Source: a virus (lineage: Duplodnaviria; Caudoviricetes). Taken from it: a stretch of 64,000 bases of DNA. The position numbers were made by a program, and so were the translations under genes. The notes under the pieces are model-generated. The model saw nothing but the letters and a program-made list of their open reading frames with translations. It was not told where the DNA came from and did not search any database. Numbering within the stretch: position 1 is the stretch's first letter; the number at the start of each line of letters is the position of its first letter. Of this stretch, positions 9,121 through 19,296 are shown piece by piece. The stretch spans positions 31,688 through 95,687 of the IMG/VR virus record IMGVR_UViG_3300031992_000051. One strand, given 5' to 3'.

Positions 9121-11380
9121 CGGGCACCTCCTCTTCCTTCGTTCCGGTCAGCGCCTTGTACTCGCTGGTGGCGGAGTCCGCTATCGACTTGCCGAACGCC
9201 TCGCGGTCGAACAGCACGCGGTCCCTGTCGGACATCTCGCCCCACGCGGCGTTGAAGTCGGCATAGCCCTGCTTCGCGCCCGCGGCGAGGTCGGACTTCG
9301 TGTCCACGTCGTAGTCGCGCCCGGTGAGCGCGAGGTACGCGTAGTTCCTGTTCATGTTGGAAGCCTTCGCGGCGGCGTCGGACTTGAGCATCATGCCGAG
9401 GCGCTTCTCGTACTCCCTGTCCTGGCTCCTGCTGACCTCCTGCATGTAAGCCTCGACCGCCTGCTCGCGCGTCATGCCCGACTCCTGGAGCCGCAACAGG
9501 CGCTTGTCCACGTGACGGTTCTGCCCGCCTTGCACGGCCATCTGCCGCACGGCCTCTATCTTCTGGTCCTTCAGCTCGCCGAGGTGCTTCACGGCGGTGA
9601 TGAACCCGACCGCGTCCGTCTGGGCGTTCGCGGCGAAGCCGAGGGCGTCCCTGCCGAGAGCCGCATTGCCTATGCTCTTCACCTTATCCTTGTTCGCGGG
9701 GTCGAAGGACATGAAGTACGCGGCGATGCCCTGCGCGCGGTTGATCTGCATCTGTGTGGCCATGCGCTGCTTCGCGAGGATGTGGGAGATGTCGTTGCCG
9801 TTCCTGTCGCGGATGACCTCGCCGGTGTCCGGGTTGAGCCCCGCGAGATAGCGCTCGTTCCACTGCTTCGAGCGCTCCTCGTGCGAGCGCCCGTCCTGCT
9901 CCCAGCCGTACTTGTCCTGGCCGAAGATGCCGAACGTGAGGTTGCGGACCGTTCCACGAGTCACCTCGCCCCAGTACTCCTTCGACGTGACGACGCTGCC
10001 GAGCGTGGGGTTGCGGTAGTCGACCACGTGCTCGACGCCCTTGTCGTCCCGCACGGTCTCGGTGCGGTTGACCCTGCCGAGGTCCTCCCACATGCCGCCC
10101 TTGCCGAAAAACCCGGTGTAGCCCATCTTCTTGGCGTCAGCGCTCGCCTCCGCCCAGTTGAGCCCCGCGTCGATCCACGCGCCCATCGCGAACCCGCTGG
10201 CGAGGCCGGTCGCGTTCGTGAGGCCGGTGACGATCTTGCCCATCTTCCCGGACCCGGCGACGAGCTTGCCCGCCGCCTCAATCTTGTTGAGCCCGCCCGC
10301 GATCATCTTGCCGGGAAGCCGAAATCCGCCCCAGTTGGTGACGGCCCTCTTCACGGTCCCGGTCACGAGCCCCCCGCCCTTCTTGACCGCGCCTTCGGCG
10401 ATGAGCCCGGCACGGCGGATCGCGGCGGCGGTCTTCGGGGAAGTCTTGGCGAGCTCGCCCACGCGCGCCGCGATCTCGGCACGAGATGCAAAAAGTCCAA
10501 GGCCCTTCTTGGCCGCCGTTTCGGCGGTCGTGGCGGCGACGTTCTCGACGGCGGAGCCCGCGAGGGGCTTTCCGACCGACGACATCTTCGCCATGGCGCG
10601 CTGGAAGAAGGTGGCCTTCGGCCCGGCCTGCTCCATGGTCCTCGCCGCGCCTTCGGCGAACCTGCGGGAAATCTCATCGATGGCCTTGCGCGCGGCGCGG
10701 ATGACGTTCTGCTCCGCCGCCCTCGTCGAGGCCACGGCCCTGTTGGCGTTGGCCTCGATCGCCCGCGCCGTCCTGCTGGCAGCAGACATGGCCTCCTTCG
10801 CCTCGCGGGCGGGCGCCTGCACGCGAAGACGCTTCAGCTCGTTCAGCGAGCGGCCCTGCGCGATCCTCGCGTTGTTCTCGGCGATCTCCGCCGCCCGCAC
10901 GGGGTTCAGCTGCGGGTTCTGCGGGATGCCCGGAGCCCGCGAACGGGAGAAGATTCCGTTCCGGGAAGCGGCCGTCCTCGCGTCGGCGGCGCGCTGCCCC
11001 GCGGCGCGGGCGTCCATCGCCCGGCGCTGGACGGCGCTTTCCATCTGGGACGTGCGGTTCCTCGCGGCGCGCAGCTCGTTCTCGTACGCGTTGCGCATGG
11101 CCTGGTCGGCTCGGCCCGTGATGCGCTCGACGCGCTGGTGCCCACGGCGGCGGATGGCGTCAAGGCGATTGTTCTGCCACTGCACCATCTGGCCGCCCTC
11201 GGCGACGGCGGCCTCGCGCGCGGCGACGACGTCCCTCATGGCGCGCTCGTGCGCGGCCATGCGCTTGAGGCCCTGCTCGGCGGCGTTCCTGACGCCGCGC
11301 CGGGCGGCCTGCGCCCCCGTGTTCCCCACGGCCTGCGCGACCACCTGCCTCGTCTTGTAATGGTTCTCGTTCTTCGCCAC
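9092..11380 (-). CDS. Putative internal virion/ejection protein (762 aa, Ala/Arg-rich, central Gly-rich hydrophobic stretch)
   Basis: GTG start with GGGAG SD; helical low-complexity N-half. Confidence 0.65.
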   Translation of the reverse strand: MAKNENHYKTRQVVAQAVGNTGAQAARRGVRNAAEQGLKRMAAHERAMRDVVAAREAAVAEGGQMVQWQNNRLDAIRRRGHQRVERITGRADQAMRNAYENELRAARNRTSQMESAVQRRAMDARAAGQRAADARTAASRNGIFSRSRAPGIPQNPQLNPVRAAEIAENNARIAQGRSLNELKRLRVQAPAREAKEAMSAASRTARAIEANANRAVASTRAAEQNVIRAARKAIDEISRRFAEGAARTMEQAGPKATFFQRAMAKMSSVGKPLAGSAVENVAATTAETAAKKGLGLFASRAEIAARVGELAKTSPKTAAAIRRAGLIAEGAVKKGGGLVTGTVKRAVTNWGGFRLPGKMIAGGLNKIEAAGKLVAGSGKMGKIVTGLTNATGLASGFAMGAWIDAGLNWAEASADAKKMGYTGFFGKGGMWEDLGRVNRTETVRDDKGVEHVVDYRNPTLGSVVTSKEYWGEVTRGTVRNLTFGIFGQDKYGWEQDGRSHEERSKQWNERYLAGLNPDTGEVIRDRNGNDISHILAKQRMATQMQINRAQGIAAYFMSFDPANKDKVKSIGNAALGRDALGFAANAQTDAVGFITAVKHLGELKDQKIEAVRQMAVQGGQNRHVDKRLLRLQESGMTREQAVEAYMQEVSRSQDREYEKRLGMMLKSDAAAKASNMNRNYAYLALTGRDYDVDTKSDLAAGAKQGYADFNAAWGEMSDRDRVLFDREAFGKSIADSATSEYKALTGTKEEEVPDGDAAEPAA

Positions 11381-11390
11381 GGCAAGCTCC

Positions 11391-12359
11391 CTAGATGTTC
11401 ACGGCCTCCATGGAGACCTCGCCGGGCGAACCCGGGAAAAGGCTGTTCACTATGACCGGGGTCTGCACGGTCGCCTCGGTCGTCTCGCGGGCCTTGAGCC
11501 AGTTCATCGCGAGGGAGTGCATCTTCTGCGCCGCCTCGATCTCGCCCGACTTCGTGTACCACGCGGCCTGCATCATCCACTCGATCGGCTCGAGCGAGTC
11601 GAACGGGAGGATGTCGGTGTCGTGGATGAGCGGAAGCGGGTCGAGCCTCACCTCGACGAGGAGGTCGACGCCGACGCGCGGCATCATGTTCTGGATCTCG
11701 TAGCGGTGGAAGCGCGGCGCCGCCACCGCCGGGTGGTACTGGGCGACCTTCACGCGGTTCCCGTCCGCGTCCAGCGCGTAGAGGTTCGTGTAGTCGCTCG
11801 CGCAGGCGTCGTCCACCGCCACGCCCACGACGTCCTGGAACTCGTCGTCGCCCGCCTCCGCGGACGCGACGTCCGTGGCGGACGTGGCCACGGGGACCGA
11901 AACGGTCTTCAGCTCGCCGTTCGCGAGCAGCCCGGTCACGGACAGCTCCGGCGCGTCCTCCGCGCCCGACGAGACGGCGAAGAGCCTGAACGGGCCCTTC
12001 GGTGAAATCATGAGGGGATGGTAGCCCCTGTCTACGATGTTGGCGTTCGGTATGCGCGAGAACCCGGGCGGGGGCGTCCTTATGTCGCCCGGCCCCGAGT
12101 GCAGGAACTCGAAGTCCTGCCCGCGGACCGACACCGGCCTCCCTCCGACGCACGCCCGCACGAGGCCGGCGCAGCCCTGCGGGAGAGCGAACGAGGGCTG
12201 CGCCGAGAAAATGCGCAGGACCTTCCGCAGGCACTCCCACCCCGTCAGCCCCGCAAGCGCCTGGATGGCGTCGTTGATGCCGTCCGCCACGTTGTCCGCG
12301 CCGTAGGCATGGGACGTGGTGGAGAGCTTGCGTATGGCCTGGCCGAGGGTGTACTGCAT
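11391..12359 (-). CDS. Probable head-tail adaptor / tail tubular protein (322 aa)
   Basis: True start judged to be ATG 12359 (MQYTLGQAIRKL...INDAIQAL...FALPQGC). Lies directly after the capsid gene; function inferred from position and N-terminal pattern. Confidence 0.55.
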   Translation of the reverse strand: MQYTLGQAIRKLSTTSHAYGADNVADGINDAIQALAGLTGWECLRKVLRIFSAQPSFALPQGCAGLVRACVGGRPVSVRGQDFEFLHSGPGDIRTPPPGFSRIPNANIVDRGYHPLMISPKGPFRLFAVSSGAEDAPELSVTGLLANGELKTVSVPVATSATDVASAEAGDDEFQDVVGVAVDDACASDYTNLYALDADGNRVKVAQYHPAVAAPRFHRYEIQNMMPRVGVDLLVEVRLDPLPLIHDTDILPFDSLEPIEWMMQAAWYTKSGEIEAAQKMHSLAMNWLKARETTEATVQTPVIVNSLFPGSPGEVSMEAVNI

Positions 12360-12376
12360 CTGCGGAAAGTCCTTGT

Positions 12377-12410
12377 GGGCGGCAGGACCCCGTACGGGGC
12401 CCCGCCGCCC
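12377..12410 (-). terminator. GC-rich hairpin after the major capsid gene
   Basis: GGGCGGC...CCCCGTACGGGG...GCCGCCC inverted repeat just downstream of the capsid stop; no clear U-tract. Confidence 0.45.
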
Positions 12411-12415
12411 GCTCC

Positions 12416-14398
12416 TTACGACACGGACACCGCCGCGCCCGCGCCGACCTGCTTGCCGGCCGTGGCGGAGGCGTTGCTCGTGAGCTGGATCGTCGCGGTC
12501 TTGCCGGACGGACGCGCGAGGACGACGCCCTTGAAGGTCACGCCCACGCTCGCCGTGGAGTCCGCGATGGTCAGCACGTCGCCGACGTCCGCGAGGAGGT
12601 TGTCGACGAACTTTACGCCGAGCACGTCGCCCACGCTCGGCACCGAGGAGTCGGTCGTGGCGAGGATGCCCTCGGCGAGGGTCGTCGTGGTCTTCGCGGC
12701 CGTGTTCACGTTCGTGTTCTGCGCCGGGCAGAGCGAAGGCAGCGCCTGGATGCAGCGGCGGTACAGGAACGAGATCGTGTGGAACACGTGCGGCTCGGGC
12801 TTCGGGACGATCTCGAAGAGACCGTAGAAGTTGCCGATGTTGCCCAGCGGGTTCACCTCGCGGTCGATGATGTTCATCCAGCCCCACGAGCCGTTCAGTC
12901 CCGGGACGGGGCCGAACTTCGTGCCGGAGCCGAGCGACGCGACCGAGGGCACGAACTGGTTCGTGAACACCTGGTTCATGAAGATCGGCGCGATGGCGAG
13001 CTCGGCCTTGTAGTACTCGGGGTTGTCCTCGGGGATCGGGGAGCCGTCGACGCCCACGCGGGTCGGCGAGGCGATGAGCGGGTCGACCGCGACGGCGATG
13101 TACGCCTGCTTGCCGACGAGTTCCGGCGCGAGCCCGCCGAGCTGCGTGTTCGTGTCGGACGAATACGTGATCTTGGCGATGATCTTGAACCGGAGCTGGT
13201 TGCCGTCGTTCGTGATGAGCCACTTGCGGAACGTCGAGGGCGCGAAGTCGTAGCCCTTGATGAGCGCCTGCGGGTTGCCCTCGATCCAGTACTTGCGCTC
13301 CTCCTCGTTGCCGCGGATGTAGCGCTCCACGTCGTCGTGGCTGACCGCCAGCGCGAAGATCGGGTCTCCGCCGGCGTTCGTGACGGCCGCGCGGGGGCAG
13401 CGGATCTTGAGGGACTCGCGGACCTGGTCGAGCACGTCGAAGTTCAGCGGCTCGATGTCCACCGACGCGTCGATCACGATGAACGCCTTGCCGCCGATCT
13501 CCGCCTTGATCGCGGCGGTGATGTTGCCGGACGTCGTGTCGATGGCCGAGGAGTCGATGAACGGGTTGTACCAGTAGCGGGCGGACCCGGTGCCGTCGAA
13601 CTCGGAGCTCATGACGTACGAGCGGCCGAACGCGACGGACTGGTAGATGAACATGTCGCGGTTCCACACTTCCTGCATCTGGATGCCGTACTCGGAGCCG
13701 GTCGTCAGGATCCAGGAGAGCTGCTGCATCGCCTGGGTGAAGAACTTGAACATGTCGAGGCAGATGGGGTCGGAGCCCCACGCGGCCTTCTTGCCCGACC
13801 AGGAGAGGGCCTCCCAGCCGTACTTGTACGTCTCGTACGGGAGCGCCGCGCACGGGTTGTTCGTGGTGCTCGGGACGGGGTTGATGTCCCTCCACTGCGA
13901 GAGGCCCGCGTACTTCATCAGGCCGCCGCGGTAGATGCGCGTCTCGTGCGTGACGCCGTTGAACAGCGTGTACGCGCCGCGCGGGATGCGGTCGTGCCAC
14001 CAGCGGGGCTGGTCGAGGACCGAGATCTGGATCATCGGGTCGAAGTGCTGCGCCAGCTCCATCATCAGCTGGTTGTAGCCCGCGTTGTTCGCGGTGCCCG
14101 GGGCGATGTTCGCGTTGCGCGGAGTCGCGACGGGACCGGGGTACGCGGAGCCGCGGCCGGCGTTGTTGACGTTGAACGGGCGGAGCATGTCCGTGCTCGG
14201 GATCGCGTTGTTGGAACGGATGAGCGTGGGATCGCCCTTGAACGAACCGATGCCCGCGTTGAGCAGGTTCGTGGTGATCGTGGTGCCCGCCGTGAGGGCC
14301 GAGCCCGCGGCGTTCTGCGTGCCGGCGGGGATGACCGTGACGGGGGCGGCGTTTCCGCCGGGGGCGGAGAGGCCAGCAGGTACAAATTCGTTTGCCAT
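12416..14398 (-). CDS. Probable major capsid protein (660 aa)
   Basis: Start ATG 14398 (MANEFVPAG) after GAGGAAAAG. Follows portal and scaffold, has its own promoter and a downstream hairpin, and shows very strong codon bias. Confidence 0.7.
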   Translation of the reverse strand: MANEFVPAGLSAPGGNAAPVTVIPAGTQNAAGSALTAGTTITTNLLNAGIGSFKGDPTLIRSNNAIPSTDMLRPFNVNNAGRGSAYPGPVATPRNANIAPGTANNAGYNQLMMELAQHFDPMIQISVLDQPRWWHDRIPRGAYTLFNGVTHETRIYRGGLMKYAGLSQWRDINPVPSTTNNPCAALPYETYKYGWEALSWSGKKAAWGSDPICLDMFKFFTQAMQQLSWILTTGSEYGIQMQEVWNRDMFIYQSVAFGRSYVMSSEFDGTGSARYWYNPFIDSSAIDTTSGNITAAIKAEIGGKAFIVIDASVDIEPLNFDVLDQVRESLKIRCPRAAVTNAGGDPIFALAVSHDDVERYIRGNEEERKYWIEGNPQALIKGYDFAPSTFRKWLITNDGNQLRFKIIAKITYSSDTNTQLGGLAPELVGKQAYIAVAVDPLIASPTRVGVDGSPIPEDNPEYYKAELAIAPIFMNQVFTNQFVPSVASLGSGTKFGPVPGLNGSWGWMNIIDREVNPLGNIGNFYGLFEIVPKPEPHVFHTISFLYRRCIQALPSLCPAQNTNVNTAAKTTTTLAEGILATTDSSVPSVGDVLGVKFVDNLLADVGDVLTIADSTASVGVTFKGVVLARPSGKTATIQLTSNASATAGKQVGAGAAVSVS

Positions 14399-14539
14399 TG
14401 TCTTTTCCTCTTGGTTAGGAGACTTGGGGGTGAACTTTGGTTGGCCGCGCACCATGCGCGCCTACCGCGCCGACCGGGCTGCCGGAATAGACCCGAAAAG
14501 CCTCTCCACGGGAAAAGAGAGTTTTACGCCGTTGCCCAT

Positions 14540-14569
14540 ATTATACCACAACCCGCCTGCGGGGCGCAA
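14540..14569 (-). promoter_or_regulatory. sigma70-type promoter for the capsid gene (TTGCGC-18-TATAAT, extended -10)
   Basis: Minus strand TTGCGC cccgcaggcgggttgtgg TATAAT. Confidence 0.7.
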
Positions 14570-14587
14570 GCGGGTTGCGGCGGGGCC

Positions 14588-15961
14588 TCACTGGAGGCCG
14601 TACTTCGCGGCCGTTTCGGAGACGAGGCGCCCCGCGGCCTCGAGCGGATTGGCGTCCTGCGGCTGCTCCTGCTTCGGGGGAGCCGGCGGAGGCGGCGGGG
14701 GCTGCGCGCCGGAGAAGTACGGGGCGACCGGCGGGGAGGCTAGGCGCGTGTGGCCCTGGAGCTTCCCCTGCAACTCGATGACGAGGTTCTGAAGGGCCTC
14801 GATCTGGGCGTACGCGAACGGCGCGACGAGCGCGCCCTCCACCGCGGCGGCGGCGAGCTGGTCGTCCGACGCCTGCGAATACCACGCCTTCACGTTGGCC
14901 TCCTGGGCCTGCCTGTACTTGTCGAACGCGGGGTCGTTCCAGAACGTGACGACCTTCGACACGCGGTCGAAGCCGGTGTCGCACAGCTCCTGGCGGCGCT
15001 GCGCGGTCATCACGGCGGTCTCCTTCCCCGTGACCTGCTCCAGCCCCGCCTGGGTCTGGCGCCACTCGCTGAGGGCCTGGTCGCGCTGGTTGAAGAGGCC
15101 GGTGGCCTCCTGCCACTTGTAGATGGCCATGCCCTGCACGGCGTTCGGCAGCTGCGCGAGCAGCGTCGGCACGTCGTCCACGGAGTTCGCGTTCAGCACG
15201 TCGTTCGCGAGGGCCGCCGCGTCCTCCGGCTTGAGGCCGTTGCGCTCGAACTCCTGCGCGAGCTGGTCGCGTATCTCGAGGACGGGGCGGTCGTACTTCT
15301 CGCGGAACGCCGGGGAGCGCTCGAGGTCGAGCTTCCCGATCTGGTCCTCGAGGTCCTTGGCCCTCGTCTCCCCGTCGAGGAGCTGCTTCTCGAACGCCGC
15401 CTTCTCCTCGAGGAACTTCGCCTTCTCGGCCGCCGCGGCCTCGAGCCGCTGCTTCAGCTGCTCGGCGAGCTGGCGGTACTGGCGGGCCTCCGCCCTCGAC
15501 GCGGCGAACGCGTGCCCGATGCCGGACTTGTCGTTGTCGTCCTGCGGGAGCTGGATCTGCTGCTCCTGCGGGATGTCGGGAATGGGGGCGTCCTGCTGGA
15601 CGGGCTGCTGCCCGGAGTACCGGTCGGCGAGCGACTGCGGCTGGGGCGGGGGAGGCGGGGGAGGCTGCGCCGCCGGAGCCGGGGCCGGAGCCGGGGCCGG
15701 GGCGGGCGGCTGCGCCACCGGAGCCGGGGCCGGAGCCGGGGCCGGAGCCGGGGCCGGAGCCGGGGCCAGCGGCTGCGGCGGAGGGGCGACGGGAGCCGGG
15801 GGCTGGGCCACCTGGGGCTCGTCGACCCCGCCGGTCGCGGGGTTCGCGTACTTGCCGAGCAGCCCCGCGACGATGTCCTGCGCGGCATTGCCCGACCTGG
15901 CGGCAGCGGCGACCTCCGGGGAGGGCGTGTGCTGGCCGGGTTCGTTTATCTGTTCTGCCAT
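14588..15961 (-). CDS. Probable capsid scaffolding protein (457 aa)
   Basis: Pro/Ala/Gln-rich N-terminus followed by coiled coil; lies between portal and capsid genes. Confidence 0.65.
   Translation of the reverse strand: MAEQINEPGQHTPSPEVAAAARSGNAAQDIVAGLLGKYANPATGGVDEPQVAQPPAPVAPPPQPLAPAPAPAPAPAPAPAPVAQPPAPAPAPAPAPAAQPPPPPPPQPQSLADRYSGQQPVQQDAPIPDIPQEQQIQLPQDDNDKSGIGHAFAASRAEARQYRQLAEQLKQRLEAAAAEKAKFLEEKAAFEKQLLDGETRAKDLEDQIGKLDLERSPAFREKYDRPVLEIRDQLAQEFERNGLKPEDAAALANDVLNANSVDDVPTLLAQLPNAVQGMAIYKWQEATGLFNQRDQALSEWRQTQAGLEQVTGKETAVMTAQRRQELCDTGFDRVSKVVTFWNDPAFDKYRQAQEANVKAWYSQASDDQLAAAAVEGALVAPFAYAQIEALQNLVIELQGKLQGHTRLASPPVAPYFSGAQPPPPPPAPPKQEQPQDANPLEAAGRLVSETAAKYGLQ
15672..15768. repeat. 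12-bp tandem repeats (CCGGAGCCGGGG) encoding PAPAPA linkers
   Basis: Two visible runs inside the scaffold gene. Confidence 0.85.
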
Positions 15962-15975
15962 GTCAAATCCTCATT

Positions 15976-16362
15976 TCACGTGTGGTCCCCGGCGAGCATG
16001 TCCTGCACCGAGGTCTCGTAATTTTCTTCCGGGAGGCTTCTCGAAGATGAATCAATTCCCGTGAACAGCTCCGGGAAGACGACCGACGGGTCGTCCATGA
16101 GCTGCGCCGCGAGGTTCAGCCCCGAGGTCACTCCGTACTGCACCGCCGTCTCCTTCACGTCGAGCGAGAGGGGCCCGTTCACCGCGAGGTCGCGGACGGC
16201 CGAGAGGACGAGCTTCGTCATCGGGTCGTCCGCCCACTTGCGGAACGTGTCCAGCATCTCGGCGCGCGAGAGGTGGCGGCGCAGCGCGAGGACGCCGGAC
16301 GCGGGGGCGGCGAGGCCCTCGTGCCCGGACATCGGGACCCGGATCGCTCCGGGTGCCGTCAT
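15976..16362 (-). CDS. Hypothetical protein (128 aa)
   Basis: ORF coupled by ATGA overlap; GGAGAGG SD. Confidence 0.7.
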   Translation of the reverse strand: MTAPGAIRVPMSGHEGLAAPASGVLALRRHLSRAEMLDTFRKWADDPMTKLVLSAVRDLAVNGPLSLDVKETAVQYGVTSGLNLAAQLMDDPSVVFPELFTGIDSSSRSLPEENYETSVQDMLAGDHT

Positions 16363-16757
16363 GCCTCTCCCCCCTCGGACGGGCTGCCGTCGGGCGGGCT
16401 GCCGGCCGGGACGCCGCCGTCGGGCAGCGTGTTGCCCGCGTCGGCGGGCTTCTCGGGCACGGTGAGGCGGTACGCGATCTCCGCGCGCTTCATCTGGACG
16501 GCCGCGAGCTCGCCGTCGATCTGCGACAGCTGGCCCATGATGCTGTGCCTCGCGAGGTTCAGCTGCGCCTCGCGCAGGCCCACCTCGGCGAAGGCGCGGC
16601 GCGCCTCGTCCTCGGTCATCGGAGTCTCCAGCCTCTTGCGGAACTCCTCCTCCGCGGCCTTGAGTCGCTGCTGCTCCTCGAACCGCGCCTTCATCTCCTC
16701 GGCCGCCTTCGCCTTGATTCCGGCTATCTCGGCCTCCCTGTTCTTCGCTTCGCCCAT
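16359..16757 (-). CDS. Hypothetical coiled-coil protein (132 aa)
   Basis: AGGAGAG SD; follows the portal gene. Confidence 0.7.
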   Translation of the reverse strand: MGEAKNREAEIAGIKAKAAEEMKARFEEQQRLKAAEEEFRKRLETPMTEDEARRAFAEVGLREAQLNLARHSIMGQLSQIDGELAAVQMKRAEIAYRLTVPEKPADAGNTLPDGGVPAGSPPDGSPSEGGEA

Positions 16758-16773
16758 TTTCGCTCTCCTTGCT

Positions 16774-19296
16774 TTACAGGCTCATGAACTCGCCAGCGTC
16801 CGGTTCTTCGCCAGCGATGTCGGCGGGGGACGTCTGGCTGAAGCCCGTCGCCTGCTGGACCGCGTTCATCCGCTGGACGGCGGAGGCGGCGTTCGCCTTC
16901 GCCTGCACCATGCGGTCTTGCGCGGAAATCTTCGCGTCCGTCTCGCGGTTGCGGCGCTCCTCGTCGCCGGCCGCCTTCCGGTCCTCGATCTCGGCCTGGC
17001 GGCCGCGCGTCTCGGACTCGAGGCCGAGCTTGTGCATGTCCACCTCGTGCTGGAGGTCGGCCTTGTACTTGTCGATCTCGGCCTTCTTGTCGGCCTTGTA
17101 CGCCTCCTTGCGGAAGTCGTTCTCGTCGGCGCGGCGCTGGAGCTCCTCCATCTCCCGCTCCTGCTTCTCGCGCTCGGCCTGCTCGACGCGCTCCTGCGTG
17201 GCGACGGCGAGGTTGAGGGACTTGACGGTCGGGCGCAGGTCGCGGAGCATCTTCTGCACCTGCTTGGTCTGCCCCTGCATACCGATCTGCATCCCGCCGA
17301 TGGCGAGGTGCTCCTGGATGTGCTGCGAGCAGGCGACGAGCGTCTGCAACAGGCCGCGGGGGTCCTCGATCTGCTTCGCCTCCTCCTCGGAAGGCTGGCT
17401 GTCGGGGCGCGCGCCGACCGCGTCCACGATCTCCTGGAGGAGCCTCGCGTGGACGGGGATGTGGCTCCAGTGCAGCTGGTCCTGGCCGACCATCGTCTCC
17501 TTGCCTTCGCGGAACATGTTGTTCTCGAGGACGGCGAGGGACGCCGCGTCGGACGGCTGCTGGTCGCGGCTGTTCTCCGGGATGTAGCGGTCCGCGGCCT
17601 GCTGGCCCATCCGGAGCTGCACGATGTCCCGGGTGGCGTTGCGGCGGCCGGTCTCGTCGAGGTTCCCGCCGAAGGCGCCGAGGACCTCCGAGAGGACGCC
17701 GACCTTGCCCTCGCTGCCGAGGACGAGGTCGCGGCACGTGACGACCGTGAACGACTGGGGGATCTCCGCGATCACCTCCTGGGTGACGCCGCGGCGGGCG
17801 CACCTCTCGAGGAACACGCCGATCTCCGGGAAGTCCGCGGTGAGGACGGGGTCGTTCGACACGGCGAGCCGGACGAACCGCTTGAACGTCTCGCGGAACA
17901 CCTTGTCGAGCACCGCGAGCTTCTGCACGAACAGGGCCTCCTCCTTGTGCGAGCGGAGGCGCTGCTGAAGCTCGACCTCGGCCTTCGTCTGCCGGTCGGA
18001 GCCCTGGAAGGTCTTGACGCCCGTGGTGCCGACGGGGCCCTTGTCCGCGCCCGTCACGGAGTTGATCCCGATGTTGTCGAGGAGCTGCTTGACCTGCGCG
18101 AGCTGCTGGAAGTTCGGGGACACCTGGCTCTGCGCCGGGGTGAACTCCTGCGGGATGAAGGTGTACGGCCCCTGCTCGTTGATGGTGAGGTTCGACTGCG
18201 TGCCGGCCGTCTTCTGCGTGAGGACGAACGTGGACGCGCGGAACGCGACGTCGACCATCTGGCAGGTGAAGCGGTTGTTGAGCGCCTCGATCGGGAAGAG
18301 GAACGACGCGAGGCCCCGGACGGCGCGGGCGTACTTGCAGTTCACGCTGTACGGGAACCACAGGAGGCACTCGTCCATCGTGGCGTACGCGCCCGTCTTG
18401 CGGAAGAGGAAGTCCTTCTGCTCCGACGCCGGCATCATGATGTGGGTGATGGAGCGCGGGAAGGACATCTCGCGGACGAACGCGTGGATGACCTTCAGCT
18501 CGTCGAACTGGTGCTCCTCCTGGTAGCGGTTCTGCCGCCAGAGCGAGAGGCCCTGCTCCGCGACGGACGTGCCGTTCTCGACCCCGGGCTGGGCCGCGGT
18601 CTCCTGGCTGTTCGCGAACACGTCCACGAGCCAGCGCTCGAGCGCCTTCACGTCCCACCCCTCCTGCTCGGCGACCTCGCGGTTGTCGAGGAGGTAGAAG
18701 ATGTACGACGCCTGGAGCGTGGACTCGAACATGAAGAGGTCGTGGTTCGACGATATGACGGATCCGTTCCCGACGAAGCGCAGCTGCCCGCGCTCGAGCG
18801 CGATGGGATTGTAGTCGATGGAGTCCGGCCACGTGATCGGCCCGAGCCCGTACAGGTCCGCCTCCGTGTGCATCATGGAGAGCGCGGGGATCACCTTCCC
18901 CGTCTCGCGGATCGTGTTCGAGAACTCCTCCGCGACGACGCGGGCGATGCGCTCGGCGTCGGGGCCCGCGAGCTCGCGCGCGAGCGGGCGGAGCTCCACG
19001 AGGTTCGCCGTGTCGGACGAGAGGCGGAGGAGCGCGTCGGCGCGGTTGTCGATGACGCCCTTCAGCCCGAGGAAGTTGACGTTCGCGATGTTCTTGAGGC
19101 CGCAGTTCCGGAGCTGCTCCGGGTTGTACGGGAGGTTGCCCTCGTACATGTTCCGGAGCGTGACCCGGCGCTTCGCCTCGGGCAGGTCCTCCTCCGTCAG
19201 CTTGTCGTACACGGCGCGGAGCGCGACCGGGTCGCTGAAGCGGCTCTTCGCGGGCTTCGGCGTCTGCTTCTCGACGACGTTGAATCCCTGTATCAT
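16774..19296 (-). CDS. Probable portal protein (840 aa, long C-terminal coiled coil)
   Basis: True start ATG 19296 (MIQGFNVVEK) after GGAGG. Size, helical content, C-terminal barrel-like coiled coil and position upstream of scaffold/capsid fit a podovirus-type portal. Confidence 0.65.
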   Translation of the reverse strand: MIQGFNVVEKQTPKPAKSRFSDPVALRAVYDKLTEEDLPEAKRRVTLRNMYEGNLPYNPEQLRNCGLKNIANVNFLGLKGVIDNRADALLRLSSDTANLVELRPLARELAGPDAERIARVVAEEFSNTIRETGKVIPALSMMHTEADLYGLGPITWPDSIDYNPIALERGQLRFVGNGSVISSNHDLFMFESTLQASYIFYLLDNREVAEQEGWDVKALERWLVDVFANSQETAAQPGVENGTSVAEQGLSLWRQNRYQEEHQFDELKVIHAFVREMSFPRSITHIMMPASEQKDFLFRKTGAYATMDECLLWFPYSVNCKYARAVRGLASFLFPIEALNNRFTCQMVDVAFRASTFVLTQKTAGTQSNLTINEQGPYTFIPQEFTPAQSQVSPNFQQLAQVKQLLDNIGINSVTGADKGPVGTTGVKTFQGSDRQTKAEVELQQRLRSHKEEALFVQKLAVLDKVFRETFKRFVRLAVSNDPVLTADFPEIGVFLERCARRGVTQEVIAEIPQSFTVVTCRDLVLGSEGKVGVLSEVLGAFGGNLDETGRRNATRDIVQLRMGQQAADRYIPENSRDQQPSDAASLAVLENNMFREGKETMVGQDQLHWSHIPVHARLLQEIVDAVGARPDSQPSEEEAKQIEDPRGLLQTLVACSQHIQEHLAIGGMQIGMQGQTKQVQKMLRDLRPTVKSLNLAVATQERVEQAEREKQEREMEELQRRADENDFRKEAYKADKKAEIDKYKADLQHEVDMHKLGLESETRGRQAEIEDRKAAGDEERRNRETDAKISAQDRMVQAKANAASAVQRMNAVQQATGFSQTSPADIAGEEPDAGEFMSL

